Shown here one piece after another: positions 1 to 11,690 of a stretch of DNA of 64,000 nt (the stretch's first letter is position 1; the number at the start of each line of letters is the position of its first letter). The position numbers and the translations under genes were made by a program. The stretch comes from Patescibacteria group bacterium (lineage in GTDB: Bacteria > Patescibacteriota > Microgenomatia > Levybacterales > UBA12049). A model generated the notes under the pieces. That model made no database searches and was not told the origin of the DNA. It saw nothing but the letters and a program-made list of their open reading frames with translations. The stretch covers positions 519,343 to 583,342 of the forward strand of contig BPJB01000001.1 of NCBI GenBank assembly GCA_026004395.1, given 5' to 3'.

Positions 1-179
1 TGGACATAACTACACCATCGGTTATCAGGGGAATAATTTTTAGTTCTCTCGCTTCCATAGCTTATTCTGTCTTGCATCAATAATTAATCTTACCAAGATT
101 CAATCATTTTACCTATATGGTTTAAAAAAGACAATTTTTGGTCAAAAGAAACTGAATCTAGCAGAAGGAGAAATATCTA

Positions 180-2579
180 TTATGTTCCAATCTGAAAATG
201 CTTCTCTTTAAAAAATAAAAATAGACCTTTAACCGAAACTCTTTGTAAATTTTTCATTAATTCACTAATTTGCATCCAACCTAAAGCCCATATCCAGGTA
301 ATAACTATCCAGATAAATGGCACTCTAGCAGGCATTAACAAACCCGTAAAAGCAAAAATTGTAGCAACTATTTGAGTTAATGATGTAGCCAAAATAACCT
401 CTTTGCTGGGCAACAACTTCCACCATCTTTCTTTGGTGTGCGCAACATAAATTAGCATATGACCGGAGATGGTTAACTTTAGAAAATAAATGGTTTGAAT
501 TATTTCCCAACGAAGATGTAATAAATTATTCATGATAAAAAATAATATTAAGCTGTTGAGTATTCCTACTGATCCATAAAGAGAACTTAAAACAAATCTT
601 TCTTTGACATTTATTTTGGCCGGATGGTTAGCTGTTTTCACTTTATCAAAAGCTAAAGAAATAATTGGAATATCATTTAATAGCGCAATAATAATAATCT
701 GCAAAGCAGTTAAAGGATAAACCCGATACATTATACCCAAAACAGAAATGGTAAGGATCAAACGATAAGATTCTGAGATGCGATAGAGAGAATAAGTATA
801 AAGTCTTTCAAAAATCTTTCGGCTTTCAATAATTGCATCACGAATTACACCGATTCCTTCAGATAATAAAATTATATCTGCCGTTGCTTTCAAAGCTGTA
901 ACCGCATTTTTAACGGCAAATCCTACATTAGCAGATTTAATCGCTGGTAGGTCGTTAATCCCATCTCCACTGGCTGCCACAATAAAAAATGATTTAGCTT
1001 TTTGGATTAATTTATGTTTATCTTCCGGCAAAATTTCGGCAAAACCTCCTGTTTTAAGATAAAAATCCGGTTGTATTTGATCCCAGTTCAGTCTATCAAG
1101 ATCTTCTTTGGTAATAATTTTTCCATCACCTAACTGTAGCTGCCGTGCAATTTTGGAAGCAATAGCTCTATTGTCACCAGTTACCATAGCCACCTTGATC
1201 CCGTTGTTTTCCAAAAAATGAACAACTGATTTAGCATCCTCCCGCAATGTATCGGATAAAGCCAACAGACCTACTATTTTCATGTCCTTTTCTTCAGAAC
1301 TATCAAAAGCTATGGCTACAGCTACAGTTCTGTATCCGTCTTCGGCCAAAGTTTTCACCTCTCGATTAAATTTCTCCTTTGTTTTTTTATCCAGATCACA
1401 CAAACTTTTAATAATCTGTGGAGCGCCGGAAGAAATTATTATTTTCTTATCTTTAGTTTTGATAATAACCGTAGTTCGTTTTCTTGATGAATCAGCTGGA
1501 ATAAAATCTATTTTGTAGAATGCCGGAGGCGTAATTTGTAGTGAATAAGATTTCTCTAAAATAGCCTGATCAATAGAGTTGTTACCATCAGATGAGGCAG
1601 AGATTGAAGCATACATCAAAACATCATTGTGGGTAAATCCATCATAAGCATAGATGTCGTGGATGGCAATTTTATTTTGAGTTAGAGTTCCTGTCTTATC
1701 TGTTAATAGCAAATTAACATTGGACAAATCCTCCAAAGCAGACAAACGTCTGATAATAACACCCTTTTTTGCCAAGTTTAAAACACCAAATTCAATGATT
1801 AAAGTCATTACAGTTGGTAGACTAATAGGAATACCAGCAATCACTAAACTTAAATCCAAAGTTACAAGTTCAAGCATGGAAGACTTTCGCAGAATGAAAA
1901 TAATGCTTAAGATAACAATCGCAATAATGGAGAGTATTGTTAAAAATTTAGATATGCTTAGAATATCTTTTTCCAGTAAACTTTCTCTTCTAATCCTTTC
2001 AACTGAAACAATAGTTTTGCCAAAAGTAGTGTTTTTGCCTGTGGAAGTTATTTTAATAGTAGCAATACCGGTAACTAAAAATGAGCCTGAATAAACAAAA
2101 TCGTGCAGATTTTTGTCTTTAGGTAGCGATTCTCCGGTTAACGCAGCCTCATTAACAGAAGCATGAACTGATTCAATAATTTCTCCATCAGCCGGAATGA
2201 CTTCTCCTACTGAAAGTTGAATAATGTCACCAGGTACAAGCAATTTTGAATCAATTGAGTGCCAGATGTTATCTCTAAATACTTTGATCTTTTGACCTAG
2301 ATGTTCGTTTAATTTCTTAATTGCATTATCTGCTTTATTCTCCTGCCAAAGAGATATACCAACATTCAAAACCAGCAAAAAAAGGATAAAGTTGAAATCA
2401 AAAATTTTATGTGTATAAAGGGACAGAAAAGCAGCAGCCAGAAGCATTAAAGAAATTGGTGAAATGATTTTTTTTGCCAGTTTGTTAAAAAAGGGAGTCC
2501 GTTTCTCCGGTATTTCATTTAAACCCACAATCTTTAGCTTCTTTTCTGCTTCTTTAAAGGTTAGGCCGGAATATTCCAT
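180..2579 (-). CDS. P-type ATPase, probably type IIIA plasma-membrane H+-ATPase-like
   Basis: TGES, DKTGTLT, TGDN and GDGIND motifs; GIPISLP in TM4; LLND in TM6. Confidence 0.85.
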   Translation of the reverse strand: MEYSGLTFKEAEKKLKIVGLNEIPEKRTPFFNKLAKKIISPISLMLLAAAFLSLYTHKIFDFNFILFLLVLNVGISLWQENKADNAIKKLNEHLGQKIKVFRDNIWHSIDSKLLVPGDIIQLSVGEVIPADGEIIESVHASVNEAALTGESLPKDKNLHDFVYSGSFLVTGIATIKITSTGKNTTFGKTIVSVERIRRESLLEKDILSISKFLTILSIIAIVILSIIFILRKSSMLELVTLDLSLVIAGIPISLPTVMTLIIEFGVLNLAKKGVIIRRLSALEDLSNVNLLLTDKTGTLTQNKIAIHDIYAYDGFTHNDVLMYASISASSDGNNSIDQAILEKSYSLQITPPAFYKIDFIPADSSRKRTTVIIKTKDKKIIISSGAPQIIKSLCDLDKKTKEKFNREVKTLAEDGYRTVAVAIAFDSSEEKDMKIVGLLALSDTLREDAKSVVHFLENNGIKVAMVTGDNRAIASKIARQLQLGDGKIITKEDLDRLNWDQIQPDFYLKTGGFAEILPEDKHKLIQKAKSFFIVAASGDGINDLPAIKSANVGFAVKNAVTALKATADIILLSEGIGVIRDAIIESRKIFERLYTYSLYRISESYRLILTISVLGIMYRVYPLTALQIIIIALLNDIPIISLAFDKVKTANHPAKINVKERFVLSSLYGSVGILNSLILFFIMNNLLHLRWEIIQTIYFLKLTISGHMLIYVAHTKERWWKLLPSKEVILATSLTQIVATIFAFTGLLMPARVPFIWIVITWIWALGWMQISELMKNLQRVSVKGLFLFFKEKHFQIGT

Positions 2580-4050
2580 AACATAAAATCACTGTTAATT
2601 TTAGTATATACCAAATAAGCTTTACTGAAAACAAAATGTGATTAATCTTTAAGTGATATTGTAAAGTAAATTGGAGGTTAATTTTATGTCTTAAAGTCAG
2701 TTAAAAAGATATTCTGAAAATTAATATCCATTGATCGAAGCCTATAAAGAGGAAAAGCTGAAAGAGATTATTATTGCATGACAATACGCTAGCACTATAT
2801 TTAGTTATTATCAGTTCTATACTTCGCAACTCATTTACTAGGTTTTAGTAATGATGAGTAGTCTGATAAACATCATTAACAATTTTGAAGTAAAAAAGAA
2901 ATTCTAAGATTGAGGTGAGAAGCGATGTTTCGAGATATTATTTTATTGACAAGTACATACGAATTTATGGAAAATGGGAAGTACTGCAAAATTTTGCTAA
3001 AGATCAAAAAGTCTTACGGTATAATTAAATCTTCCTTGATAATCTTCTCAGGGCTAGTAAAGAAAACGTCACAGATACAGCAAAACAAAAACATGTTGAT
3101 ATTTTCAGAAAGACCCTGTGTAAATATTTAAATCTGTTTGTTATAAAATCTTTTAAACCTTGATGAATATTTAATTGAGCCTAAAGAACAAATATGTTGA
3201 ATGCTAACAAAAGAGGAAAAATCACCAATTTAACTATTGAGGGGAATATATGACCTTGTGAAAGGAAAAGTTAAAGGTATTTTACCCCGATGAATGCAAA
3301 CAGTAAATTTCAACATGGGATATTGAACTGAGATTACTAGAAGATCATTGGAAAACAAAAAATATCCTGACCTATAAAGTATAAGAATCAGATAAAAAAC
3401 GTAAATGAATGATGTCAACACTAAGAATATACTATTACAAAAGTAATTAAATAGATTAAACTATTTTGATTCTTTTGGCATACAGAATCTCATCACTTGG
3501 TAATACTGAGCACGCATTTGTTTATATTTATCTCAATTGATGATATAAGCGAATTGTCTATTTCAGGATGAACAGGACAAATAACGCAGGCCACGCTGAA
3601 GACTTTCTAAAGCGTTTGATATTTTAGTAGGGAAAAATTTTATACATCAGATAAAGTTTAGAATTCAAAGCAGCTCTTAAGAAGTCACGTGAAACACTTT
3701 AAATAATTCAGCTATATTTACAGCTAAAGATAATGCCTTTCTTGATAGGTTAACCTACAGTACCGTAAGAATGATTGGCATATTCTGTTAATGAGTTTGA
3801 TGATATAGGCGAGGCAAACAGACAATTACCAGAAGGTTTGTTTATTCAACAACATTCGTCCATACCAAGTTCTTAACTCCAAAGCTCTCCTAAATTATTG
3901 TTAGGAAACTTTCTTCCAAGTGTTACCGTTGTAGTCTGCCAATACAGGTTGTAATCACCTCATTAAATATGATAAAATAATCGTAAAGTCGAAATTCCAG
4001 AGAATTTCTCGTAGTCTGTAAAATTTATCGTTGGTCTCAGTCCATTATGA

Positions 4051-5445
4051 ATGAAAGAACAAAATCATCTCAATCAAGATAGATTAACAGTTAAAAAAAT
4101 AATACGAAGATCAGCTTCAGCTATTGAGGCAATAAGAGGAAGAGTACATATTTCACCTGAAAAGGAAACACAGACAGAACGTTATGAACTGCGTGGTACA
4201 AAAATAGAAATTGAATCTCCTAGAACACCAATTGATATACATTTAGGGGATACGCATTTACAAATTATAGATGTGCGTGGTGATCCTCACTTGAGAGCAG
4301 ATTATCTTCTTATTGATCCCATAGCTTTTGAGTATTCTAATCAAGAAACAGGATACAAAGGTATTAGAGAAGATGAGCCTTTTACTATTGGCAAAAGTAA
4401 TCATTATAGATTTTATCTCTCAGATAATGTTAGTGAAAACCATCTGAGAATAGATTTAAGAGATTTCAAACTGATAATAGAAGATTTAAACTCAACTAAT
4501 GGAACAGTTGTTCAATTTGATAAACCCAAACTACCAACCAAAGAACAGATTGCAGCTTTTCCCTCGTCACCTGAAAAAATGCAAGCAATTGCTGAATTCT
4601 GTGAATTTATTAAAATACATCATAATCTAATAAAGGATGCTTTAAAAAATGGAGGTAAGCTAGATCATATTTTTTACAGTAATTTCTACAATACTAATAT
4701 TGACAACCCTACATACACAGCACACGATCCTAATTTACAAAGATTAATAGATGAATATCCTGTTCAAATAAATGGTGTCAAAACATATTTTTCAGATAAT
4801 CGACAAAGTAGAGGGTTAAAGCTGTGGGAATCTTCTTATTGGCTTTTCTGCAATACCCATGGTGGATACCGTATGAACAAATTTACAAATTATGGAAGAC
4901 TTTATTTTAATCTCAGACCGGAGTATATCGGACAAATATTTACTCAATCAGCAACAGCATTTCGTGATAGAGGATTACATACACAGATGAAAACTTTTCT
5001 CAACCCAACCATAAGAGCATTTAACCGTTTTGATAAAATGATTATTTATTTTGATGCTGATGAAGAAGAAGATGTTTTACAAATTGTCGATGATTTATAT
5101 CAGAGCAATCAATATGCATTTGATAGCGGTATTCCTCGTTTTACTGTTGCAGTTAGAGATCAAAAAGGCAGAAAAATGACAGGTATTAGTTTTGGCGAAG
5201 AACCAGCTTTTACAAAATATCAAGACAAATCATTTGGTATAGTTAGATCTAAAATTCTCGCTGATGTTTATATGAATGCCAATGACAATCATTGGTTGGT
5301 TACAAAACCAAGTCCAGATTTTGATTTTGCTTTTTATAAAGCCTGCTTAAAATATTTTGTAGATCCCCAAAATCCTGCATTTAATCTACAAGGAAACCCA
5401 GAAAGATTTTCTGAACTAAGAAGGAGATTGAAGTTAAATAAGTAA
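4051..5445 (+). CDS. FHA-domain protein with C-terminal HopA1-effector-like domain
   Basis: FTIGK...VSENH...DLNSTNGT FHA signature; GRLYFN...KMIIYF...GISFGEEP...SFG..RSKILA pattern recalled from HopA1-family proteins. Confidence 0.6.
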   Translation: MKEQNHLNQDRLTVKKIIRRSASAIEAIRGRVHISPEKETQTERYELRGTKIEIESPRTPIDIHLGDTHLQIIDVRGDPHLRADYLLIDPIAFEYSNQETGYKGIREDEPFTIGKSNHYRFYLSDNVSENHLRIDLRDFKLIIEDLNSTNGTVVQFDKPKLPTKEQIAAFPSSPEKMQAIAEFCEFIKIHHNLIKDALKNGGKLDHIFYSNFYNTNIDNPTYTAHDPNLQRLIDEYPVQINGVKTYFSDNRQSRGLKLWESSYWLFCNTHGGYRMNKFTNYGRLYFNLRPEYIGQIFTQSATAFRDRGLHTQMKTFLNPTIRAFNRFDKMIIYFDADEEEDVLQIVDDLYQSNQYAFDSGIPRFTVAVRDQKGRKMTGISFGEEPAFTKYQDKSFGIVRSKILADVYMNANDNHWLVTKPSPDFDFAFYKACLKYFVDPQNPAFNLQGNPERFSELRRRLKLNK

Positions 5446-5736
5446 TTTTACGAAGACTAGAATAATAAAAATTTATTAGTAGAAAGAACAAATTTTCTAA
5501 ATTATTACGCAATTAGTAGATACAAAATTTAAGGACTTGATCTATTAATAACAAAAATATTAAAACCGCTGTGCTCAATGCTAGAATTACTTTGCAACGA
5601 AGTTTTTGCTAAAATAGATTTGAGCAAAGTTGTATAGATAATCATTCAACTTCCATTGCTTTCTTATCTTGCATCACATATAATGTTTGATCGCTATTTG
5701 CAGATTAAATTTTAACAGCATCTAACTAAGATTTAT

Positions 5737-8613
5737 ATGGACAAAATAATTATTAAAGGTGCAAGAGAACATAACCTTAAAAATATCGATTTAGAAATTC
5801 CCAAAAACAAATTAATTGTTCTAACTGGTCTTTCAGGAAGTGGTAAATCCTCTCTCGCATTTGACACAATTTACGCTGAAGGACAGCGGCGATACGTTGA
5901 GAGTTTATCGTCTTACGCAAGACAGTTTTTGGGTACCATGAAAAAGCCAGATGTAGATCTTATTGAAGGATTATCTCCGGCTATATCTATCGACCAAAAA
6001 TCTACATCACATAATCCTAGATCAACTGTAGGAACAGTGACAGAAATTTATGATTATTTGCGTCTTTTATTTGCACGCATAGGACACCCCCATTGTCCAA
6101 ACTGTGGTAGAGAAATTGCCAGACAGTCAAAAGAACAAATTACGGAGACTATACTTAAAATGCAAGATGGGAGAAGACCCTTTGTTCGCGTTCTAATCTT
6201 AGCACCTTTAGTAAAAGATAGAAAAGGAGAATATACAGAACTTTTCACATCTCTTAAAAAGAGAGGATACCGTAAAGTCAGGATCGATAGAAAAATATAT
6301 TCCCTTGATGATCAGATTGTATTAATCAAAACCAACAAACACTCTATTGAGTTAGTTATTGATACTCTGGTGATAGCAAAAGAAACAGATAAGAATCGCT
6401 TAGCAACCGATGTTGAACAAGCTCTGCAGTTTGGAAATGGAGAGATGATTGTAAGCATTATTAAGGATTCAACGTTTGATCTGCCTGAATTTCCTAAAGA
6501 AATGGAAGACCACCTTTTTTCAGAAAAGTTCGCATGTCCAGTATGTAATATCTCAATCTCTGAGATTGAACCACGAATTTTTTCATTTAATACACCTCAT
6601 GGGGCTTGCCCAGAATGTTCTGGTATAGGGAGGGTGCTTGTAGTTGATAAGGATTTAGTTTTTAACAATAATCTTACCATCAATGAAGGAGGCATCTTAC
6701 CATTTTTTAATTTGGGGACGAATGATACGTGGTTTTCAAGAACATTTAGAACATTTTGTGCTGAAAATGCAATTCCACTTGATAAAAAGATTGGAGAGTT
6801 GACAGAACAACAAAAAAACTTACTTCTTTATGGCACAGGTGAGAAAGAATACAGTGTAAGAGGAGAAAATAGATGGGGAAGTCAAACAGTAATCCGTGAA
6901 CCCTTTAGAGGAATTACCTTTGAACTAAGAAGAAGATACTCAGAATCAGAATCTGATTATGTGAAAACTCAAATCGAAAAATTTATGCGCTATGATCTTT
7001 GTCCTTCCTGCCAAGGTGCAAGACTTAAAAAAGAGGCACTTTCAGTCACAATTAAAGGTAAATCTATTGTAGATGTCAGTGATATGTCAATAGGGGATGT
7101 TTTAGACTTTTTTGAAACCTTGCCTGACTCACTATCAACGCGCGAGAAAGAAATTAGCGAGTTAATTTTGCGAGAGATAATCCAGCGCATAAGATTTCTT
7201 AAAGATGTAGGCCTTGAGTACCTAACTCTCTCACGCAGTGCCTCAACTCTTGCAGGGGGGGAAGCACAACGCATTAGATTAGCATCCCAAATAGGTAGCG
7301 GTCTCACAGGAGTGCTTTATGTGCTTGATGAACCTTCAATTGGTTTACATCAAAGAGATAATGAAAAACTAATTGAAACTTTAAAAAGACTACGCGATCT
7401 TGGAAATACTGTAATTGTTGTCGAACATGATGAAGATACTATGGCAGCATCAGATTATATTTTCGACTTTGGACCCGGAGCAGGAGAATTTGGAGGAGAA
7501 ATTGTCGCACAAGGTACTTATGAAGAGATTAAGAACAATGCCAATTCTCTGACAGGTCAGTATCTCTCCAAAAAAAAGGTCATAAAAGTTAATACCAGTA
7601 AACAAAGTACTATGGAAGAGTCATATTTAACTCTCGTTGGAGCATCTGAACATAATCTGAAAAACATCACAGTTAAATTTCCCCTTCGTAAATTTATCGT
7701 AGTAACTGGAGTCTCTGGAAGCGGTAAATCTACTTTAATTAATGATATTCTCTATCATGCACTAATGCAGATTAAAAATCCTTATCATCGACAGAAGCCT
7801 GGAAAATTTGTTGACATCTTGGGTTATGAACAAATTAAAAATGTATTTTTAATTGATCAGTCACCTATTGGTAGAACGCCTAGGAGCAACCCAGCAACTT
7901 ATACAGGTGCATTTACTTATATAAGAGACATCTTTTCTCAAACAAAAGAAGCGCGTCTTCGGGGATATGGACCGGGAAGATTTTCTTTTAATGTTAAAGG
8001 TGGACGATGTGAAGCTTGTGAAGGAGAAGGACAGATTAAAATTGAGATGCAGTTTCTACCTGATGTGTATATTACCTGTGAAGTTTGTCAAGGAAAGCAA
8101 TATAACAACGAAGCATTAGAAATCTTATTTAATGGTAAGAATATAGCTGATGTACTAAATATGAGTGTTCAAGAAGCATTGGATTTTTTCTCTTTTGTTC
8201 CGGGACTTGCACATAAACTGCAAACACTTATGGACGTTGGACTTTCTTATATTAAGTTGGGACAACCAGCTCCGACTTTATCAGGCGGAGAAGCACAACG
8301 GGTGAAGCTAGCTTCAGAACTTTCAAAGAGAGGTAGAGATGCACTTTATCTGCTTGATGAACCAACAACAGGTCTTCATTTTGCGGATCTTGAAAAACTT
8401 CTCTATGTTCTTCGAAAACTTGTAGATCAAGGAAATTCTGTTATTGTTATTGAACACAATCTTGAGGTAATCAAAAATGCTGATCACATAATTGATCTGG
8501 GTCCTGAAGGAGGAAAAAAAGGAGGAGAAATTGTCGCACAGGGTACACCTAATCAAATTGCTCAAAATTCCCTTTCTCATACTGGACGTTTTTTAAAACG
8601 TATCCTCAGCTAG
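5737..8613 (+). CDS. uvrA: Excinuclease ABC subunit A
   Basis: GAREHNLKN, two Walker A motifs (GLSGSGKS, GVSGSGKS), zinc fingers, LSGGEAQR. Confidence 0.98.
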   Translation: MDKIIIKGAREHNLKNIDLEIPKNKLIVLTGLSGSGKSSLAFDTIYAEGQRRYVESLSSYARQFLGTMKKPDVDLIEGLSPAISIDQKSTSHNPRSTVGTVTEIYDYLRLLFARIGHPHCPNCGREIARQSKEQITETILKMQDGRRPFVRVLILAPLVKDRKGEYTELFTSLKKRGYRKVRIDRKIYSLDDQIVLIKTNKHSIELVIDTLVIAKETDKNRLATDVEQALQFGNGEMIVSIIKDSTFDLPEFPKEMEDHLFSEKFACPVCNISISEIEPRIFSFNTPHGACPECSGIGRVLVVDKDLVFNNNLTINEGGILPFFNLGTNDTWFSRTFRTFCAENAIPLDKKIGELTEQQKNLLLYGTGEKEYSVRGENRWGSQTVIREPFRGITFELRRRYSESESDYVKTQIEKFMRYDLCPSCQGARLKKEALSVTIKGKSIVDVSDMSIGDVLDFFETLPDSLSTREKEISELILREIIQRIRFLKDVGLEYLTLSRSASTLAGGEAQRIRLASQIGSGLTGVLYVLDEPSIGLHQRDNEKLIETLKRLRDLGNTVIVVEHDEDTMAASDYIFDFGPGAGEFGGEIVAQGTYEEIKNNANSLTGQYLSKKKVIKVNTSKQSTMEESYLTLVGASEHNLKNITVKFPLRKFIVVTGVSGSGKSTLINDILYHALMQIKNPYHRQKPGKFVDILGYEQIKNVFLIDQSPIGRTPRSNPATYTGAFTYIRDIFSQTKEARLRGYGPGRFSFNVKGGRCEACEGEGQIKIEMQFLPDVYITCEVCQGKQYNNEALEILFNGKNIADVLNMSVQEALDFFSFVPGLAHKLQTLMDVGLSYIKLGQPAPTLSGGEAQRVKLASELSKRGRDALYLLDEPTTGLHFADLEKLLYVLRKLVDQGNSVIVIEHNLEVIKNADHIIDLGPEGGKKGGEIVAQGTPNQIAQNSLSHTGRFLKRILS

Positions 8614-8662
8614 TCAATTTTGCATATTTTTAATACAATAAGTTTTGGAATATGTAAATTCG

Positions 8663-10471
8663 ATGAAAAAATATTTTTTCTTTTTAATTACTTTTTTGCT
8701 ATATATTTTATCTCCAAATTTTGTATTTGCATCTGAATATTTCGATCGAGAATACACTGTCTTATATACAGTACAAGAAAATGGCACAACATCCGTACAG
8801 ATTACTATTACTTTAACCAATAAAACTAGCGATTACTATGCTTCATCGGATACATTGCAAGTGGGATTTGAAAGTATCACCAATGTCAAAGCATCAGATC
8901 CTGATGGACCACTTGAACCAAAAATAACAAAAACAGAGGCGGGTAATGAAATAGAGTTAACATTTAACAAAAAAGTTGTTGGAAAAGATAAAAAATTAGT
9001 ATACAATTTATCCTTTGATACACCTGACATTGCCAAGCATGATGGTAAGATATGGGAGATAAATATTCCCGGTATTGCAAATCCTGAAGAATTTAGCAAC
9101 TTTACTGCTGAAGTTAGAGTACCTTCAACATTTGGTAAACCTGCTTACATAAAACCATTTCAAAAAGATAATACATTGATCTTCTCAAAAGAACAATTAG
9201 GCAAATCTGGTATCTCTATAGCATTTGGAACAGAACAAATATATCAATTTAATCTTACCTATCATCTAAGAAATACAAATGTTTTTCCTATAAGAACGGA
9301 AATAGCACTACCTCCCACTACAAATTACCAAGAAGTTGTGATAGATGCAATTAATCCTCATCCTGAAAACGTGATAATTGATAAAGACGGAAATTGGCTT
9401 GCTGAGTATATACTTGCTCCTTCACAACGAATTGATGTTACAGCAAGGGGAAGAGTGCGAATATATCGTGAACCAAGACCAGAACCTTTATCAAAAGATG
9501 ATTTTAAGTTGTACACAAAAGAAAAACCATTTTGGCAATCAAATAATCCAACGATTAAAGAACTCGCACAAAAATTGAAGACACCTCGTGCAATCTATGA
9601 TTATGTGGTCAGCACGCTTGATTATGATTTTAGTAGGGTAACCCAAAACAAACCTAGACTTGGTGCTTTAAAAGCATTAGAAGAACCCCAATCAGCTGTA
9701 TGTTTGGAGTTTACCGATCTTTTTATAGCTCTTGCAAGAGCAGCTGGAATTCCTGCAAGAGAGATAAATGGTTATGCTCATACTGAAAATCCTAGACAAC
9801 GTCCTCTATCACTTGTGCAGGATATTCTTCACGCTTGGCCTGAATATTACGACTTCCAAAGACAAACATGGATCATGGTTGATCCAACATGGGAAAGTAC
9901 TACAGGAGGGATAGATTATTTCGATGTATTTGATTATGACCATATTACCTTCGTAAGAAAAGGTATTGATAGTCAGTATCCTATACCTCCGGGTGGGTAC
10001 AAATACTCTGGAGACGAAAAGAAAAAAGACATCTCAATAACTTTTGCAGACAGTTTTTCAAATGATATTCCCAAAATACAAATTGTGCCTATTTTTCCCG
10101 ACAAAGTATTAGCAGGAGTGGCAATCAACGGTAAAATTCAGGCAATCAACTTGAGTGGAAAACTGTCTGAAGCACAAACTGCATCTGTTACCTCTAAGAC
10201 TCTTACTCCCTCAATACAAACGATACTCATTCCTCAGTTACCTCCTTTTGGTAAAAAAGAGATTTCGTTTTCTTTTCATAAGACACCATTTTTAAGTCAC
10301 GGTACACATACTTTTACATTTACTCTTAATAATACTATAATTTTCCATAGTATTAAGGTTTCACCTTTTATGCTAGATAAAAATCAAATTTTTGGAGGTG
10401 TTGGAGTTGGAATATTCACGATCATCTTATTCATCATTGCCATCAAAGCCAGGAGTTTACGTTTTTCTTGA
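8663..10471 (+). CDS. Secreted/membrane-anchored transglutaminase-like domain protein
   Basis: Signal peptide from MKKYFFF; AVCLEF...HAWPEYY...VDPTW Cys-His-Asp triad; C-terminal TM. Start moved from 8645 to the ATG at 8663. Confidence 0.8.
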   Translation: MKKYFFFLITFLLYILSPNFVFASEYFDREYTVLYTVQENGTTSVQITITLTNKTSDYYASSDTLQVGFESITNVKASDPDGPLEPKITKTEAGNEIELTFNKKVVGKDKKLVYNLSFDTPDIAKHDGKIWEINIPGIANPEEFSNFTAEVRVPSTFGKPAYIKPFQKDNTLIFSKEQLGKSGISIAFGTEQIYQFNLTYHLRNTNVFPIRTEIALPPTTNYQEVVIDAINPHPENVIIDKDGNWLAEYILAPSQRIDVTARGRVRIYREPRPEPLSKDDFKLYTKEKPFWQSNNPTIKELAQKLKTPRAIYDYVVSTLDYDFSRVTQNKPRLGALKALEEPQSAVCLEFTDLFIALARAAGIPAREINGYAHTENPRQRPLSLVQDILHAWPEYYDFQRQTWIMVDPTWESTTGGIDYFDVFDYDHITFVRKGIDSQYPIPPGGYKYSGDEKKKDISITFADSFSNDIPKIQIVPIFPDKVLAGVAINGKIQAINLSGKLSEAQTASVTSKTLTPSIQTILIPQLPPFGKKEISFSFHKTPFLSHGTHTFTFTLNNTIIFHSIKVSPFMLDKNQIFGGVGVGIFTIILFIIAIKARSLRFS

Positions 10472-11690
10472 TAAGAATCACAAGATTTTATATGTTGGGA
10501 AGGCAAAAGATCTAAAAGCTCGAGTTTCATCGTATTTTAATTCTCCTTCATCACTTGGTCCTAAGACCGCAACATTAGTAGAAAAAATCAAGTTCATTCG
10601 CATAACAGTTGTAGAGTCTGAGATTGAATCTCTTCTGCTTGAAGCTTTTTATATAAAGAAATATAAGCCTAAATATAATGTCAGACTTACAGATAATAAA
10701 TCATATCCTCTAGTTAGAATCACAATAAATCAAAAATATCCCGCAGTTCTTCTCGCAAGACGAATGGATGATCCAGATTCTTTGTACTTTGGCCCATTTC
10801 CCAATCCTTCTGCAGTAAGAATTGTCCTTAAGACTATAAGAAGAATCTTTCCTTTTGTCTCTGTACTAAATCACCCCAAAAGAACATGCCTTTATTATCA
10901 TCTTGGACTTTGTCCCTGTCCTCCTGTTAATGATTCCCCAGAACTTTATAAGTCATATAAATTGACAATTAAAAGAATAATTAGCATGTTTGAAGGAAAC
11001 TCAAAAAAACTTATAAAAGAGTTGGAGAAAGAAAGAGATAAAAAAAGCAAAGCTGAAAAATTTGAAGATGCACAAATGCTACAAAAGCAGATTAATGCTC
11101 TTTCACTTATTACCCATCCAGTTCACCAACCGTTTGAATACCATATTAACCCAAATTTGACAACAGATCTCAGAACACAGGAAATCAACGAACTTAAAGA
11201 TATTCTCAATGCTCATGGATATTCCATTACTAAACTTTTGAAAATTGAGTGTTTTGATATCTCTAATATTCAGGGAAAACACGCGACTGGCTCTCAAGTA
11301 GTGTTTGTCAATGGTGAGAAAGAAAGTTCTCTTTACAGACGGTATAGAGTAAAAATAGATGGCAAACCTAATGATTTTGCAATGATGAAGGAAGTAATAA
11401 GTAGAAGATTTAAAAATAAGCAGTGGGAATATCCTGATCTTGTCATAGTAGATGGGGGAAAAGGACAAATTTCATCAGCTTTAAAAGCAATGCAAGAGTT
11501 ATCTGTTACTTGCCCTGTAATAGGTCTGGCAAAACGAGAGGAAACTATCATTACGTCAACATTTAAAGAAATTTCTCTACCAAAAAACTCATTAGCACTG
11601 AAGCTTATTATGCGTATTCGCGATGAAGCTCATAGATTTGCAATTTTTTATCATAGAAAATTAAGAAGCAAATACGCACTTCAGAGTTAA
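10392..11690 (+). CDS. uvrC: Excinuclease ABC subunit C (short form)
   Basis: GIY-YIG (PGVY...YVGKAK), UVR domain, FDISN, DGGKGQ, RDEAHRFA; start uncertain. Confidence 0.93.
   Translation: MEVLELEYSRSSYSSLPSKPGVYVFLDKNHKILYVGKAKDLKARVSSYFNSPSSLGPKTATLVEKIKFIRITVVESEIESLLLEAFYIKKYKPKYNVRLTDNKSYPLVRITINQKYPAVLLARRMDDPDSLYFGPFPNPSAVRIVLKTIRRIFPFVSVLNHPKRTCLYYHLGLCPCPPVNDSPELYKSYKLTIKRIISMFEGNSKKLIKELEKERDKKSKAEKFEDAQMLQKQINALSLITHPVHQPFEYHINPNLTTDLRTQEINELKDILNAHGYSITKLLKIECFDISNIQGKHATGSQVVFVNGEKESSLYRRYRVKIDGKPNDFAMMKEVISRRFKNKQWEYPDLVIVDGGKGQISSALKAMQELSVTCPVIGLAKREETIITSTFKEISLPKNSLALKLIMRIRDEAHRFAIFYHRKLRSKYALQS

Noticed and set aside
2600-4050. 1.4-kb gene-poor tract with short ORFs (2925-3131, 3230-3421)
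   Set aside because: Looks like decayed coding DNA, but no family, repeat or RNA structure could be recognised.
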